A stretch of 64,000 bases of DNA from Candidatus Methylomirabilia bacterium (lineage in GTDB: Bacteria > Methylomirabilota > Methylomirabilia > Rokubacteriales > CSP1-6), in NCBI GenBank assembly GCA_041492755.1, contig JBGPXN010000003.1, positions 13,180 through 77,179 of the forward strand, in the 5' to 3' direction. The notes beneath the pieces were generated by a model. That model had not been told where the DNA came from and searched no databases. It saw nothing but the letters and a program-made list of their open reading frames with translations. Position numbers and translations under genes: made by a program. Below are positions 12,125-22,952 of this stretch, piece by piece (the first letter of the stretch is position 1; each line of letters opens with the position of its first letter).

Positions 12125-14581
12125 GTGTTTGAACGGTTCACCGAGCGCGCGCGAAGGGTCATCATTCTGGCGCGGGAAGAGGCGGGACGGTTCCGCCACG
12201 ACTTCGTAGGCACGGAGCACGTCCTCCTCGGCTTGATCCGCGACGGAGAGGGGATCGCCACCGCGGTGCTGCAGCGCTTGGGACTGCGGCTGGAGACGGT
12301 CAAAGCCGAAGTAGAGCGGGCGCTGGCCGGGTTCCCCAAGACGCTGACATTCGGTGAAGTTCCGTTCACCCCGCAAGCCAAGCGGGTGCTCGAATTGAGC
12401 ATCGAAGAAGCGCGGCAGCTTGGCCACAACTACATCGGTACCGAGCATCTACTCCTCGGCCTCATGAAGGAAGGGCAGTCCATCGCCGCCAAGATCCTCG
12501 AATCTCTGGGCGCCCGTCTCGACGAAGTACGGCAGGAGACCCTCTCGTTGCTCGGCGACCAGTACTACCCGCGGCCAAAGAAGCGCTCGCAGACCCCCGT
12601 GTTGGACGAGTTCGCTCGCGACCTCACCCAACTCGCGCGTGAGAACAAGCTCGATCCGGTGATTGGCCGGGAGCAAGAGATCGAGCGGGTCATCCAGATC
12701 CTGGCCCGCCGCACCAAGAACAACCCCGTCTTGATCGGCGAGCCCGGGGTCGGCAAGACTGCCATCGTCGAAGGGCTGGCCCAGAAGATCGTCAGCCAGG
12801 ATGTCCCTGACGTTCTCGTCAACAAGCGCCTCCTCCAGCTCGACCTGGGCGCCCTCGTGGCCGGGACCAAGTACCGCGGCCAGTTCGAGGAGCGTCTCAA
12901 GGCGGTCATGAAGGAGATCAAGCAGTCGGAGAACGTCGTCCTCTTCCTGGACGAGCTGCACACGCTGATCGGCGCCGGCGCCGCCGAAGGCGCCATCGAC
13001 GCCTCCAACATGTTGAAGCCGGCCCTGTCCCGCGGCGAGATCCAGACGATCGGCGCCACCACGCTGGACGAGTACCGCAAGTACATCGAAAAGGACGGCG
13101 CCCTGGAGCGCCGGTTCCAGCCCGTGATCGTGAAGGCGCCGAGCGTGCCGGAGGCGATCGAGATCATCAAAGGGCTGCGGCACAAGTACGAGGCGCATCA
13201 CCGGGTCAAGATCACCGAGCAAGCCATTATCGCCGCGGTGAATCTGGCGGATCGATACATCACCGATCGACAGCTTCCCGACAAGGCGATCGACGTCATC
13301 GACGAGGCATCGTCGAGAACCCGTCTCATGGCGCTCATGCCCCCGCCGGAGATCAAGGAGCTGGATCGGGAGCTGGAGCGGGTCATCCGCGAGAAGGACA
13401 TGTACCTGGAGGCCCAGGAATTCGAGAAGGCCGCCTCCCTGCGCGAGAAGGAGAAGATCCTCCGTCACCGCGAGGAGGAGATGAAGCGCGAGTGGGACAA
13501 GAACAAGGGCAAGGGTGTGCAGTCGGTGGGCGAGGAGGACATCGAGTTCATCGTCTCCCGCTGGACCGGCATCCCGCTGTCGAAGCTCGAAGAGAAGGAG
13601 TCCGAGAAACTCGCTCGCATGGAGGAGGCGCTGCACGGTCGCATCATCGGCCAGGACGATGCCGTGACCGCGGTGTCACGCGCCATCCGCCGTTCGCGCG
13701 CCGGCCTCAAGGACGCCAAGCGGCCGGTGGGCTCGTTCATCTTCCTCGGTCCCACCGGCGTCGGTAAGACGGAGTTGGCGCGGGCGCTCGCCGAGTACCT
13801 CTTCGGTGACGAGAACGCGCTGATCCGGGTGGACATGTCGGAGTACATGGAGAAGTTCTCGGTGTCACGCCTGCTCGGAGCGCCTCCGGGCTACGTCGGT
13901 TACGAAGAGGGTGGGTTCCTGACCGAGAAGGTCCGCCGGCGTCCATACTCGGTGGTGCTCTTCGACGAGATCGAGAAGGCACACCCCGACGTGTTCAACG
14001 TGCTGCTGCAAGTGCTCGACGACGGCCGCCTGACCGACTCGCTCGGCCACGTCGTGGACTTCAAGAACACGATCCTGATCATGACCTCGAACCTCGGGAC
14101 GAGCCTCATCGGCAAGACGTACACGCCGGGCTTCGATCCCACCGGACGGAACTCCAGCGAGATCTCGTACGAGAAGATGAAGGAACGGGTCATGGAGGAG
14201 CTCAAGCGCTCCTTCCGGCCCGAGTTCATCAACCGTATCGACGACTCCATCGTGTTCCATCCGCTGTCGCGCGAGCACATCCACGCGATCATCCGGTTGA
14301 TGATCATGCGTATCAACAAGCAGCTCGCGGAAAAGAGCATCGAGTTGGTCCTGACCCCCGCCGCCCAGGACGCGCTGGTCGCCAAGGGTTACGACCAGAC
14401 GTATGGCGCCCGCCAGCTGCGGCGGACGATCCAGAAACACATCGAAGACCCGCTGGCCGAGGCGATCGTGCGCGGCCAGATCCCGGAGAGCCCGCGTCTC
14501 GAGGTGGACTTCGACGGGGAAGCCTTCAGGTTCCGCGACGCGCACGCGGCTGAGCCGCCGCTCGAGCTTGCGGAGCACTAG
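12125..14581 (+). CDS. clpC: ClpC-type AAA+ protease ATPase subunit
   Basis: [12 protein letters not shown]lp-N repeats, GEPGVGKT, short UVR-like M domain ([11 protein letters not shown]), [17 protein letters not shown]. Confidence 0.95.
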   Translation: MFERFTERARRVIILAREEAGRFRHDFVGTEHVLLGLIRDGEGIATAVLQRLGLRLETVKAEVERALAGFPKTLTFGEVPFTPQAKRVLELSIEEARQLGHNYIGTEHLLLGLMKEGQSIAAKILESLGARLDEVRQETLSLLGDQYYPRPKKRSQTPVLDEFARDLTQLARENKLDPVIGREQEIERVIQILARRTKNNPVLIGEPGVGKTAIVEGLAQKIVSQDVPDVLVNKRLLQLDLGALVAGTKYRGQFEERLKAVMKEIKQSENVVLFLDELHTLIGAGAAEGAIDASNMLKPALSRGEIQTIGATTLDEYRKYIEKDGALERRFQPVIVKAPSVPEAIEIIKGLRHKYEAHHRVKITEQAIIAAVNLADRYITDRQLPDKAIDVIDEASSRTRLMALMPPPEIKELDRELERVIREKDMYLEAQEFEKAASLREKEKILRHREEEMKREWDKNKGKGVQSVGEEDIEFIVSRWTGIPLSKLEEKESEKLARMEEALHGRIIGQDDAVTAVSRAIRRSRAGLKDAKRPVGSFIFLGPTGVGKTELARALAEYLFGDENALIRVDMSEYMEKFSVSRLLGAPPGYVGYEEGGFLTEKVRRRPYSVVLFDEIEKAHPDVFNVLLQVLDDGRLTDSLGHVVDFKNTILIMTSNLGTSLIGKTYTPGFDPTGRNSSEISYEKMKERVMEELKRSFRPEFINRIDDSIVFHPLSREHIHAIIRLMIMRINKQLAEKSIELVLTPAAQDALVAKGYDQTYGARQLRRTIQKHIEDPLAEAIVRGQIPESPRLEVDFDGEAFRFRDAHAAEPPLELAEH

Positions 14582-14610
14582 GCACCTGTCCGCGCGAGTC
14601 TGAGCGACTG

Positions 14611-16872
14611 GTGACGCTCGCGGGGAGAGCGCTTCTCTCCGTTCTCTGTGCGCTCGTCGTCGTGCTCGGCCGCCTCGGTGGCGCCGACGGGCAGCCCCCA
14701 TCTCCCCGGCCGATCACCATCCGGGAGTTGACCGTCGAGGGCAACCGCCGGGTCCAGGAGGGGGTCATCCTCGGCCGCGTGCAGAGCAAAGTCGGCGGCC
14801 AGTTCAATCCCGGCCAGCTCAGCGACGATCTGCGCTCGATCTTCGGTCTCGGCTTCTTCGACGATGTCCAGATGCGGGTGGAGGACTTCGAAGGGGGCGT
14901 GCGCGTCACCTTCGTGGTGACGGAGCGCCCGTTCATCCGCGACATCGATTTCATCGGCAACAAGAAGATCGCCACCAGCGAGCTCCAGGAAAAAATCGAG
15001 CTCAAGCTCGGCAGCGTATACAACCCGGTGGACGTCCAGAAGGCCCGTGAGAAGCTGAAAGAGCACTACGAGTCGGAAGGCTACTTCGAGGTGCAGATCA
15101 CTCCCGAGGTCGAGCGGTTCGCCGACGGCGACGTCAAGCTGGTGTTCAGCATCAACGAGGGCCGCAAGATCACCATCGACCGCATCGTCATCCGCGGCAA
15201 CCAGGGCCTCAGCGACAAGAAGATCAAGGACGCCATGGTCACGCAAGAGCGGGAGTTCTTCATCCTGCGCGGGACCGTGCAGCGCCAGAAGCTCGACGAG
15301 GACGTCGAGCGCATCCTCTCTTTCTACAACGACAACGGCTACATCCAGGCCCGCGTGGAGATCCAGGACCCCGTCATCGACCGCGAACGGGCGCGGGTGA
15401 CGATCGTCGTGAACGCGGTGGAGGGGCCGCAGTACAAGGTGGACGATGTCCGGCTCACCGGCGTCACCCTGCTGCCCGAGAGCGAAGTGCGCCGGCAGCT
15501 TAAGCTCAAGCCGGGCGACGTCTTCTCCCGCTCGAAGCTGCGCGATACCGCCCGCTCCATCTCCGACCTCTACAGTACGATCGGCCGCGCGTCGGTGGAC
15601 GTGAACCCCAAGACCGAGCAGAACGCCGCCGCCTCTACCGTGTCGATCGTGCTCGAGATCACGGAAGGCCCCGAAGTCTATGTCGAGCGGATCAACGTCA
15701 CCGGTAACCTCCGGACGCAGGACAAGGTGCTGCGCCGCGAGATCCCGATGGTGGAGGGCGACCTCTTCACGTTGCAGAAGATGCAGCGCGCCCGCCAGCG
15801 CCTCATCAACCTTGGCTACTTCGAGTCGGTGAACGTCGCGACGCAGCCCGGCACCGACAAGACGAAGATCGTCGTCAACGTCGAAGTGACCGAGCGGCCG
15901 ACCGGCATCTTCAGCATCGGCGGCGGCTTCTCCTCGGTGGACAATCTGGTCGGCACCATCGACCTCGTGCAGCGCAACTTCCTCGGTCGCGGCCTGGAGG
16001 CCTCCATCCGCATCCGGGCCGGCGCCACCAGTCAGCAGGGCATCATCAGCTTCACCCAGCCCTGGCTCTTCGACCGTCCGCTGTCCGCGGGATTCGACGT
16101 GTTCAACATCAAGCGGCAATTCCCGGAGTACGACTTCGATTCCCTGGGCGGCTCCCTCCGCCTCAGCCATCCCTTCATGGAGTACTGGCGATGGCACACC
16201 TCGTACCGCCTGACCCGCGATAAGATCTCGAACGTGACGGATGCCAGCGTGACCGCCCTGAGCAACGAAGTCGGGACGCGGGTGACGTCGGCGGTTTCCG
16301 GCGCCATCACCCGCGACAGCCGGGACAACGTCATCGCGCCGACCCGCGGGGGACAGACGTCGTTCAACGTCGACTTCGCCGGTCTGGGTGGCGACTCCAG
16401 GTTCGTGAAGACGATCGCTTCCACCACTTATTTTCAGCCGATCTGGCTCGGCCACGTCCTGTCCGGACGCCTGGAAGCCGGCTATGGCTTCGGGTGGGCG
16501 GACGAGCCGCTGCCGCTCTTCGAGCGCTTCTACCTGGGCGGTCCGAACAGCATCCGTGGCGTGAAGTTCCGACGCATTTCTCCGATGGACGACACCGGGC
16601 TGCGTATCGGGGGCACCACCGAGGTCCTCGGCAACGTCGAGTACATCATTCCGCTGCCGTTCAACCTCCGGGCCGCCGGCTTCTTCGACATCGGCAACGT
16701 GTACGGATTCAACACCAAGTTCGACCTCACCGATCTCCGGGAAGCTGCCGGTGTCGGTTTCCGGTGGGTCTCGCCGTTCGGTCCCATTCGCGTGGACTAC
16801 GGCGTCAACCTCGATCGCCGCCGGGGCGAGGACTTCGGGGCGTTTCACTTCTCGGTCGGGTCGCCGTTCTAG
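14611..16872 (+). CDS. bamA: Outer membrane protein assembly factor BamA
   Basis: Signal peptide, POTRA repeats (GN.., GYF), RFYLGG..SIRG, SPFGPIRVDYG, C-terminal F. Confidence 0.95.
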   Translation: MTLAGRALLSVLCALVVVLGRLGGADGQPPSPRPITIRELTVEGNRRVQEGVILGRVQSKVGGQFNPGQLSDDLRSIFGLGFFDDVQMRVEDFEGGVRVTFVVTERPFIRDIDFIGNKKIATSELQEKIELKLGSVYNPVDVQKAREKLKEHYESEGYFEVQITPEVERFADGDVKLVFSINEGRKITIDRIVIRGNQGLSDKKIKDAMVTQEREFFILRGTVQRQKLDEDVERILSFYNDNGYIQARVEIQDPVIDRERARVTIVVNAVEGPQYKVDDVRLTGVTLLPESEVRRQLKLKPGDVFSRSKLRDTARSISDLYSTIGRASVDVNPKTEQNAAASTVSIVLEITEGPEVYVERINVTGNLRTQDKVLRREIPMVEGDLFTLQKMQRARQRLINLGYFESVNVATQPGTDKTKIVVNVEVTERPTGIFSIGGGFSSVDNLVGTIDLVQRNFLGRGLEASIRIRAGATSQQGIISFTQPWLFDRPLSAGFDVFNIKRQFPEYDFDSLGGSLRLSHPFMEYWRWHTSYRLTRDKISNVTDASVTALSNEVGTRVTSAVSGAITRDSRDNVIAPTRGGQTSFNVDFAGLGGDSRFVKTIASTTYFQPIWLGHVLSGRLEAGYGFGWADEPLPLFERFYLGGPNSIRGVKFRRISPMDDTGLRIGGTTEVLGNVEYIIPLPFNLRAAGFFDIGNVYGFNTKFDLTDLREAAGVGFRWVSPFGPIRVDYGVNLDRRRGEDFGAFHFSVGSPF

Positions 16873-16882
16873 GAGGGAAGGC

Positions 16883-17443
16883 ATGAAGAACGCAGGCTGC
16901 GTGCTCGCGATCCTCGGGGCCCTGCTCCTGGCCGGATCGAGCGCGCGGGCCCAGACGCCCGCGCCGAGCGCTGCCCAGAACGGCCGCATCGGCTTCATCG
17001 ATCTCAGCCGCGTCCTCGCACGCTCGGCGGCCGGCGTGGCCGCGCGCGAACAGCTCGAGCGCGAGAAGGGCAATATGCAGCGGGAGATGGACGCCAAGCG
17101 GGTGGAGCTCGACAAGCTCCGCGAAGAGCTGGAGAAGAAGGGCCCGCTGATGACGGGCGATTCGCGGCGGGACAAGGAAGAGCAGCTCGAGCGCAAGCGG
17201 CGTGATGCGACCCGGCTCGCGGACGACTATCAGCGCGAGCTGGCCCGCAAGGAGCAGCAGCTCGCCCAGAAAGTGCTCCACGACATCTCGGGGGTGGTGG
17301 AGAAGGTCGGCAAGCAGCGCGGGTTCTATCTCATCGTGGAGCGCCGCGGCGCCGGCGTGCTGTTCAGCTCCCCCGAGGCCGATCTGACCGACGAGATCAT
17401 TCGGGCCTACGACCAGGAAAGCTCCGGCAAAGGAAAGAAGTAG
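16883..17443 (+). CDS. skp: Periplasmic chaperone Skp/OmpH
   Basis: SD AGGAGG, ATG 16883; signal peptide, IGFID, coiled coil, DLTDEII; between bamA and lpxD. Confidence 0.9.
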   Translation: MKNAGCVLAILGALLLAGSSARAQTPAPSAAQNGRIGFIDLSRVLARSAAGVAAREQLEREKGNMQREMDAKRVELDKLREELEKKGPLMTGDSRRDKEEQLERKRRDATRLADDYQRELARKEQQLAQKVLHDISGVVEKVGKQRGFYLIVERRGAGVLFSSPEADLTDEIIRAYDQESSGKGKK

Positions 17444-17447
17444 CGGC

Positions 17448-18512
17448 ATGACGGGTCGCGTTCCGATCCGCCTCGGCAAGCTCGCCGAGGCGCTGGGCGC
17501 GGTGCTGGAGGGGGATCCCGAGCGCACCGTGTCGGGCGTGGCGCCGCTTCAGACCGCGGGCCCGGACGACGTCGCCTTCGTGAGCGACGTTCGTCAGCTG
17601 GAGGCTGCCCGCGTGTCGAGGGCCGGCGCGTTCCTCACGCCATCCGACGCCACCGGCCTGCCGGGCGCCGTGCTCCGGTGCGTCGCTCCGCGACTGACGC
17701 TCATCGACCTGCTCGGGCTGTTCCATCCGTCCGACGCCTTCGTGCCGGGAATCGATCCGTCGGCGGTGGTTTCACCCGAGGCCCTCGTCGATCCCACCGC
17801 GGCGGTGGGGGCCCTGGCCGTCGTCGGGGCCGGCGCCGTGATCGGCCCGCGGGTTCTGTTGCATCCGCTCGTCTACGTCGGGCCCGGCGCGCAGATCGGC
17901 GAGGAGTGCGTGTTGTATCCGCACGTCACCGTGCGCGATGGCGTGCGGCTCGGTCGTCGCGTCATCGTTCATCCGGGGGCGGTGCTGGGCGCGGACGGGT
18001 TCGGGTACCAGTTCGACGGCGCCGTGCATCGGAAGGTGCCGCAGGTGGGGGGCGTGATCGTCGAGGACGACGTCGAGATCGGCGCGAACACCACCATCGA
18101 CCGCTCGACGCTGGGCGACACTATCGTCCACCGCGGGACGAAGATCGACAACCTCGTCATGATTGCCCACAACGTCGAGATCGGCGAGGACGCGATCCTC
18201 GCCGCGCAAGTCGGCATCGCGGGCTCCTGCCACATCGGCCGTGGCGTCGTGCTCACCGGTCAGGTCGGCGTGGCCGATCACGTGACCATCGGGGCCGGCG
18301 CCATCGCGCTCGCCCAGACCGGGATCGCCTTCGACGTGCCGGCCGGAGAGAAGGTCATGGGCTATCCGGCGCGGCCGACCAACCTCGGCTGGCGGATCGT
18401 CGTCGCCGAAAAGCAGCTGCCCGATCTCGTTCGGCGCGTGCGCCGGCTCGAGCGCCGGATCGAAGAGCTGGAGTCCCGCCTCGGCGACACGGGGACGGCA
18501 CCGCGTGGGTGA
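17448..18512 (+). CDS. lpxD: UDP-3-O-acylglucosamine N-acyltransferase
   Basis: Hexapeptide repeats, [30 protein letters not shown]. Confidence 0.96.
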   Translation: MTGRVPIRLGKLAEALGAVLEGDPERTVSGVAPLQTAGPDDVAFVSDVRQLEAARVSRAGAFLTPSDATGLPGAVLRCVAPRLTLIDLLGLFHPSDAFVPGIDPSAVVSPEALVDPTAAVGALAVVGAGAVIGPRVLLHPLVYVGPGAQIGEECVLYPHVTVRDGVRLGRRVIVHPGAVLGADGFGYQFDGAVHRKVPQVGGVIVEDDVEIGANTTIDRSTLGDTIVHRGTKIDNLVMIAHNVEIGEDAILAAQVGIAGSCHIGRGVVLTGQVGVADHVTIGAGAIALAQTGIAFDVPAGEKVMGYPARPTNLGWRIVVAEKQLPDLVRRVRRLERRIEELESRLGDTGTAPRG

Positions 18513-19338
18513 CGGGATCCATCCCAGCGCCGTCATCGATCCGCGGGCCGAGATCGGCGACGGCGTCGTGGTCGGCCCCTACTCGGTGGTGGGCCCGGAG
18601 GTGCGCCTGGAGGCCGGCGTCGAGCTCGGCAACCACATCACGCTCGAAGGGCGGGTCGTCGTCGGGCCGCAGGCGCGCATCGGGCACGGCAGCGTGCTGG
18701 GCGGACCGCCCCAGGACTTGAAGTACAAGATAGGGACAGCGTCCGGACTCCGCATCGGCGCCCGCACCGTGATCCGCGAGCACGTCACGATCCACCGCGC
18801 GACCCACGCCGATGGCTGGACGGAGATCGGCGCCGACTGCCTGATCATGTCCACCAGCCACATCGCCCACGATTGCCGCGTCGGCGACGGCGCCATCATC
18901 ATCAACTACGTCGGCATCACCGGCCACTGTGAGATCGGCGAGCGCGCGACGATCGGCGGCTTCACCGGCGTCATTCCGTTCTGCCGCGTGGGCGCGTATG
19001 CCTACGTCGGCGGCTACTCGAAGATCACGCAGGACGTGCCGCCCTACATGCTCGCCGACGGCTCCCCGGCGCTCGCGCACGGCGTCAACGTCATCGGTCT
19101 GCGGCGCGCGGGGATGCCGCCCGCCGATCGCCGGTTGCTCCAGGACGCCTACCGCATTCTCTACCGCGGTGGCCTCAGCCCGCGCGGCGCGATCGAGCGC
19201 ATCCGGGCCGACATGCCGGGGGCGCCGGTGCTGGCGGCGCTGCTCGCGTTCATCGAGACCTCACGCCGGGGGATCTGCGGTTCGGCCGGCGACGTCGAAG
19301 GTGAGACGTCGCAATTCGACCACGAGCAGGTGACGTGA
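18505..19338 (+). CDS. lpxA: Acyl-ACP--UDP-GlcNAc (or GlcNAc3N) acyltransferase
   Basis: [43 protein letters not shown]. Confidence 0.94.
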   Translation: MGDGIHPSAVIDPRAEIGDGVVVGPYSVVGPEVRLEAGVELGNHITLEGRVVVGPQARIGHGSVLGGPPQDLKYKIGTASGLRIGARTVIREHVTIHRATHADGWTEIGADCLIMSTSHIAHDCRVGDGAIIINYVGITGHCEIGERATIGGFTGVIPFCRVGAYAYVGGYSKITQDVPPYMLADGSPALAHGVNVIGLRRAGMPPADRRLLQDAYRILYRGGLSPRGAIERIRADMPGAPVLAALLAFIETSRRGICGSAGDVEGETSQFDHEQVT

Positions 19339-20360
19339 TGGCGGACCGGCGCGTGCGGGCAGGGGTGGTCGGCGTCGGTCACATGGGGGGGTATCACGTC
19401 CTCGTCTACAAGGGGCTCTGGGACGTCGACCTCGTCGGCGTGGTGGACATCGACGCGGACCGCGCGCGCGAAGTCGCCGCGCACTACGACACGCGCGTGT
19501 TCGAGGACCACCGCGACCTCATCGGCCGCGTCGACGTCGCGAGCATCGCCGTTCCCACCGAGCAGCACTTCCACGTGGCGCGCGACCTGCTCGAGGCCGG
19601 CGTGAGCGTGCTGGTGGAGAAGCCGATGACGCCCACACTGGAGGAGGCCCGCGAGCTCTTCGCCATCGCCCGTCGTGCCAACGCCGTGCTGCACGTCGGC
19701 CACGTGGAGCGCTTCAACGGCGCCGTCCAGGAGCTCAAGCGGATCGTCGAGCGTCCGGTCCTGATCGAGTCGCGCCGGCTCGGGCCCTTCGTGCCGCGCG
19801 TGCAGAAGGACACGGTCGTGATGGATCTCATGATCCACGACCTCGACATCGTGCTGGGGCTCGTCAACGCCCGCCCGCTGCGCCTGGCCGCGCAGGGGGT
19901 CACCGCCCAATCGGAGGTGGCCGACGTGGCGACCGTGCAGATCTGGTTCGAGTCGGGGACGATCGCGACCATCACCGCCAGCCGGGCCACCGAGGAGAAA
20001 ATCCGCACACTCGCCATCACGCAGCCGGACGCGTACATCCTGCTCGACTACTTCGACCAGGACATCCAGATCCACCGACGGGCCGCGCAGGAGTCGACGG
20101 TGAACCGCGAGTCCATCCGGTACCGGCAGGCCTCGTTCGTCGAGCACGTGGTGGTGCACAAGGACAACCCGCTCAAGCTCGAGATCCAGCACCTCATCCG
20201 GTCGGTGCAACGCCGGCAGGCCGGAGAAGCCGTGGAGCTTGCGGAAGCGGAGGATCTCCGATCGCTGGCGCTGGCGCTGCAGATCGAGCGGATGATCCGG
20301 GACGGCGTCTCGGCGGAAGCGCTGCCACCCGACGGGCTGTGGAGCGCACCCTCGGCCTGA
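19335..20360 (+). CDS. Gfo/Idh/MocA NAD-dependent oxidoreductase, GnnA-like
   Basis: GVGHMG, VEKP, GHVERFN, DLMIHDLD; located between lpxA and lpxI/lpxB. Confidence 0.85.
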   Translation: MMADRRVRAGVVGVGHMGGYHVLVYKGLWDVDLVGVVDIDADRAREVAAHYDTRVFEDHRDLIGRVDVASIAVPTEQHFHVARDLLEAGVSVLVEKPMTPTLEEARELFAIARRANAVLHVGHVERFNGAVQELKRIVERPVLIESRRLGPFVPRVQKDTVVMDLMIHDLDIVLGLVNARPLRLAAQGVTAQSEVADVATVQIWFESGTIATITASRATEEKIRTLAITQPDAYILLDYFDQDIQIHRRAAQESTVNRESIRYRQASFVEHVVVHKDNPLKLEIQHLIRSVQRRQAGEAVELAEAEDLRSLALALQIERMIRDGVSAEALPPDGLWSAPSA

Positions 20361-21151
20361 TGTGTGGCGCCGGCGCGCTGCCAGCGCGCATGGCGGCCGA
20401 GGCGCGGCGCCAGGACTGGCGCGTGATCGCCTTCACCTTTGGCCCCGCCGTGGGCGTCGATGCTCACGCCGCCCGCGTCATCCCGAGTCGCTTCACCGAC
20501 ATCGGGTCCGTCCTGGCCGCGCTGCAGGCCGAGGGTGTTTCGGCGGCACTCTTCGCGGGCCGCTTTTCCATGTCCGACGTGCTTCGCGCCGACGCCAACA
20601 CCGCCGACGCCGTCTCTCGCGGCGTCGACGCGCGCGCCGGCTCGCGTATCGACGCCAAGCTGGTTCAGGTGGTGATCGCCACGCTGGCGGGCTTGGGTGT
20701 CGAGGTGCTCGATCAGCGCGGCTTCGCGGGCGGCTGGCTCCCCGGGGCCGGCTGCTGGACGCGCCGCGCGCCGTCGGACGCCGAGTGGAGGGACGTCCGG
20801 CGGGGCCTCGAGATCGCTCGCGTCCTCGCCGACGCACGCATCGGTCAGACGGTCGTGGTGCGCCACGGCGCCGTCGCCGCGGTGGAAGCGGTCGAGGGGA
20901 CGAGCGAGGCGATCCGCCGGGGCACCGCCCTCGCGGGCGCGGGTGCGGTGGTGGTCAAAGCGGTGGCCCGCGATCACGATTACCGCTTCGACATGCCGGC
21001 GATTGGTCCCGAGACCGTGGAGGTGGCCGCCGCGGGCGGCGCGATGGTGGTGGCGATGGAGGCCGACCGCGTCCTCCTCACGGAACCCGAGGCGACCATC
21101 CACGCCGCCGATGCGGCCGGGATCGCCCTCGTCGGCGTCGGCGCGCCGTGA
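20339..21151 (+). CDS. lpxI: UDP-2,3-diacylglucosamine hydrolase LpxI (DUF1009)
   Basis: G.MCGAG.LP, IGQTVVV, AVEAVEGT, RFDMPAIGP.T; upstream of lpxB. Confidence 0.85.
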   Translation: MERTLGLMCGAGALPARMAAEARRQDWRVIAFTFGPAVGVDAHAARVIPSRFTDIGSVLAALQAEGVSAALFAGRFSMSDVLRADANTADAVSRGVDARAGSRIDAKLVQVVIATLAGLGVEVLDQRGFAGGWLPGAGCWTRRAPSDAEWRDVRRGLEIARVLADARIGQTVVVRHGAVAAVEAVEGTSEAIRRGTALAGAGAVVVKAVARDHDYRFDMPAIGPETVEVAAAGGAMVVAMEADRVLLTEPEATIHAADAAGIALVGVGAP

Positions 21152-22296
21152 CGACCTCGCGGCCGTCGCTCATGGTCGTAGCTGGCGAAGCGTCCGGCGA
21201 TCACCACGGCGCCGCGCTCTGTCGCGCTCTCGCCGAGCAAGCCCCCGGCGCCCGGGTGTTCGGGATGGGCGGGCCGGCCATGGCCGCGGCGGGCGCGCAG
21301 CTGCTGGCCGACGTCAGCCGCCGCGCGGTGGTCGGGGCGAGTGAAGCGGTCGGCGGTGTTCCCGCGCTCTACCGGACGTATCGGCGACTCCGCGGCGAGC
21401 TCGAGCGGCAGCGGCCCGCCGCGCTCGTGGTCATCGATTTTCCCGAGTTTAATCTCCGTCTCGCTGCCGCCGCCCAGCGCATCGGCGTGCCCGTGATCTA
21501 CTTCGTTCCGCCCCAGATCTGGGCCTGGCGGGGCTGGCGCATGCGGACAATACGCCGGCTCGTCTCGCTCGTCCTCGCGGTCTTCCCGTTCGAACCCGCC
21601 CTCTACCGCGCCGCCGGCGTCCGGGTGGAGTTCGTGGGCCACCCGCTGCTCGACACGCTGGCGAGCGCGCCGCCGCGCGCGGCGGCGCGGGCCGAGCTCG
21701 CGCTGCCGGCCGACGCGCTCGTGATCGGGCTGTTGCCGGGAAGCCGGCGCGCGGAAGTCTCCCGCATGGCGCCGCTGCTCGCCGCGACGGCGTGCCGCAT
21801 CGCCAGCGTGTATCCCGGTGCCCGCTTCGTCGTCGGGCTGGCGCCGACCGTCGATGCCGGGCTGCTGACCGGGCACATCGGAACGACCGCCATGCAGGTC
21901 GTAGCCAACCGCGCATACACGGTCATGCGAGCGGCGGACGTGTTGCTTGTCACCTCGGGCACGGCGACGCTCGAAGCCGCGCTCCTGGGAACACCGATGG
22001 TGGTCGGCTATCGCGTGTCGTTGGTGACGGAAGCGCTCGGACACTGGCTGCTTCGTGTCCCGTGGATCAGCCTGGCCAACATCATCCTCGGTCGCGGCGC
22101 CGTTCCCGAGTTCTTCGAGCGCTCCAGCACGACTGACGACCGCCTGGCCGACGCGGTCCTCGCGCTCCTGCGCGACGCGCCGGCGCGCGAGGCCCAGCGT
22201 GCCGCGTTCCGCGAGGTCGCCGCACTGCTTGGCGAGCCCGGCGTGGGGGCCCGGGCAGCCCGGCTGGTGCTCGCCGCCGCGGGGAACGCCGCATGA
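21148..22296 (+). CDS. lpxB: Lipid A disaccharide synthase
   Basis: GTG 21148; AGEASGD, IDFPEFN, PPQIWAWR, FVGHP, LLPGSR, SGTATLE. Confidence 0.96.
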   Translation: MTTSRPSLMVVAGEASGDHHGAALCRALAEQAPGARVFGMGGPAMAAAGAQLLADVSRRAVVGASEAVGGVPALYRTYRRLRGELERQRPAALVVIDFPEFNLRLAAAAQRIGVPVIYFVPPQIWAWRGWRMRTIRRLVSLVLAVFPFEPALYRAAGVRVEFVGHPLLDTLASAPPRAAARAELALPADALVIGLLPGSRRAEVSRMAPLLAATACRIASVYPGARFVVGLAPTVDAGLLTGHIGTTAMQVVANRAYTVMRAADVLLVTSGTATLEAALLGTPMVVGYRVSLVTEALGHWLLRVPWISLANIILGRGAVPEFFERSSTTDDRLADAVLALLRDAPAREAQRAAFREVAALLGEPGVGARAARLVLAAAGNAA

Positions 22297-22952
22297 ACGC
22301 GCTGGTGCCGCACGTGGCCGCGGGGCTCGTGCGTCTGCTCGGACCGACGTTGCGATTGCGGATGAGCGGACTGGAGCCGTTGCTGCCACTGTGGGCGGGA
22401 CGCCGCCCGCTGATCTACGCCGTGTGGCACGGACGCATCCTCATGCTGCCCTGGCTCAACGGCCGGCTACGACGGTCGCACGGAGTCCGGGCGCCCCGTG
22501 TCCTGGCCAGCCGTTCGAGGGACGGCGAGATGGTGGCGCGCTTTTCGGCGGCGTTCGGGCTCCAGGCCGTGCGCGGATCGTCGTCGCGCGGCGGCGCGCT
22601 CGCGCTGCGAGCGCTCGCGAAGGCGGTGCGGGCCGGTGAAGACGTCGCCCTCGTGCCCGACGGGCCGCGCGGGCCTGCCCACGAGCTGCAGCCAGGCGTC
22701 GTCACGCTGGCGACGATGACGGCGGCGCCAGTAGTGCCGCTGGCGTTCGCGGCGTATCCCGCGCGCCGGTTCCGGAGCTGGGACCGCTTCCTGGTGCCGT
22801 TGCCCTTCGCCCGCTGCGCCGCCGTGTTCGGCGCCCCGCTGACGTTCGAGGCGGGGGCGGACCGCGAGCTCGCGCGGAAGACGCTGCAGACCGCGCTCGA
22901 CGATGCGACGGCGGAGGCCGAGCGGCTGGTGGCACGGTCCAGCCGGCGATGA
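22293..22952 (+). CDS. DUF374 lysophospholipid-acyltransferase-like protein
   Basis: WHG, S.SRDGE, VRGSSSRGG, PDGPRGP, SWDRF.VPLPF. Confidence 0.85.
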   Translation: MNALVPHVAAGLVRLLGPTLRLRMSGLEPLLPLWAGRRPLIYAVWHGRILMLPWLNGRLRRSHGVRAPRVLASRSRDGEMVARFSAAFGLQAVRGSSSRGGALALRALAKAVRAGEDVALVPDGPRGPAHELQPGVVTLATMTAAPVVPLAFAAYPARRFRSWDRFLVPLPFARCAAVFGAPLTFEAGADRELARKTLQTALDDATAEAERLVARSSRR

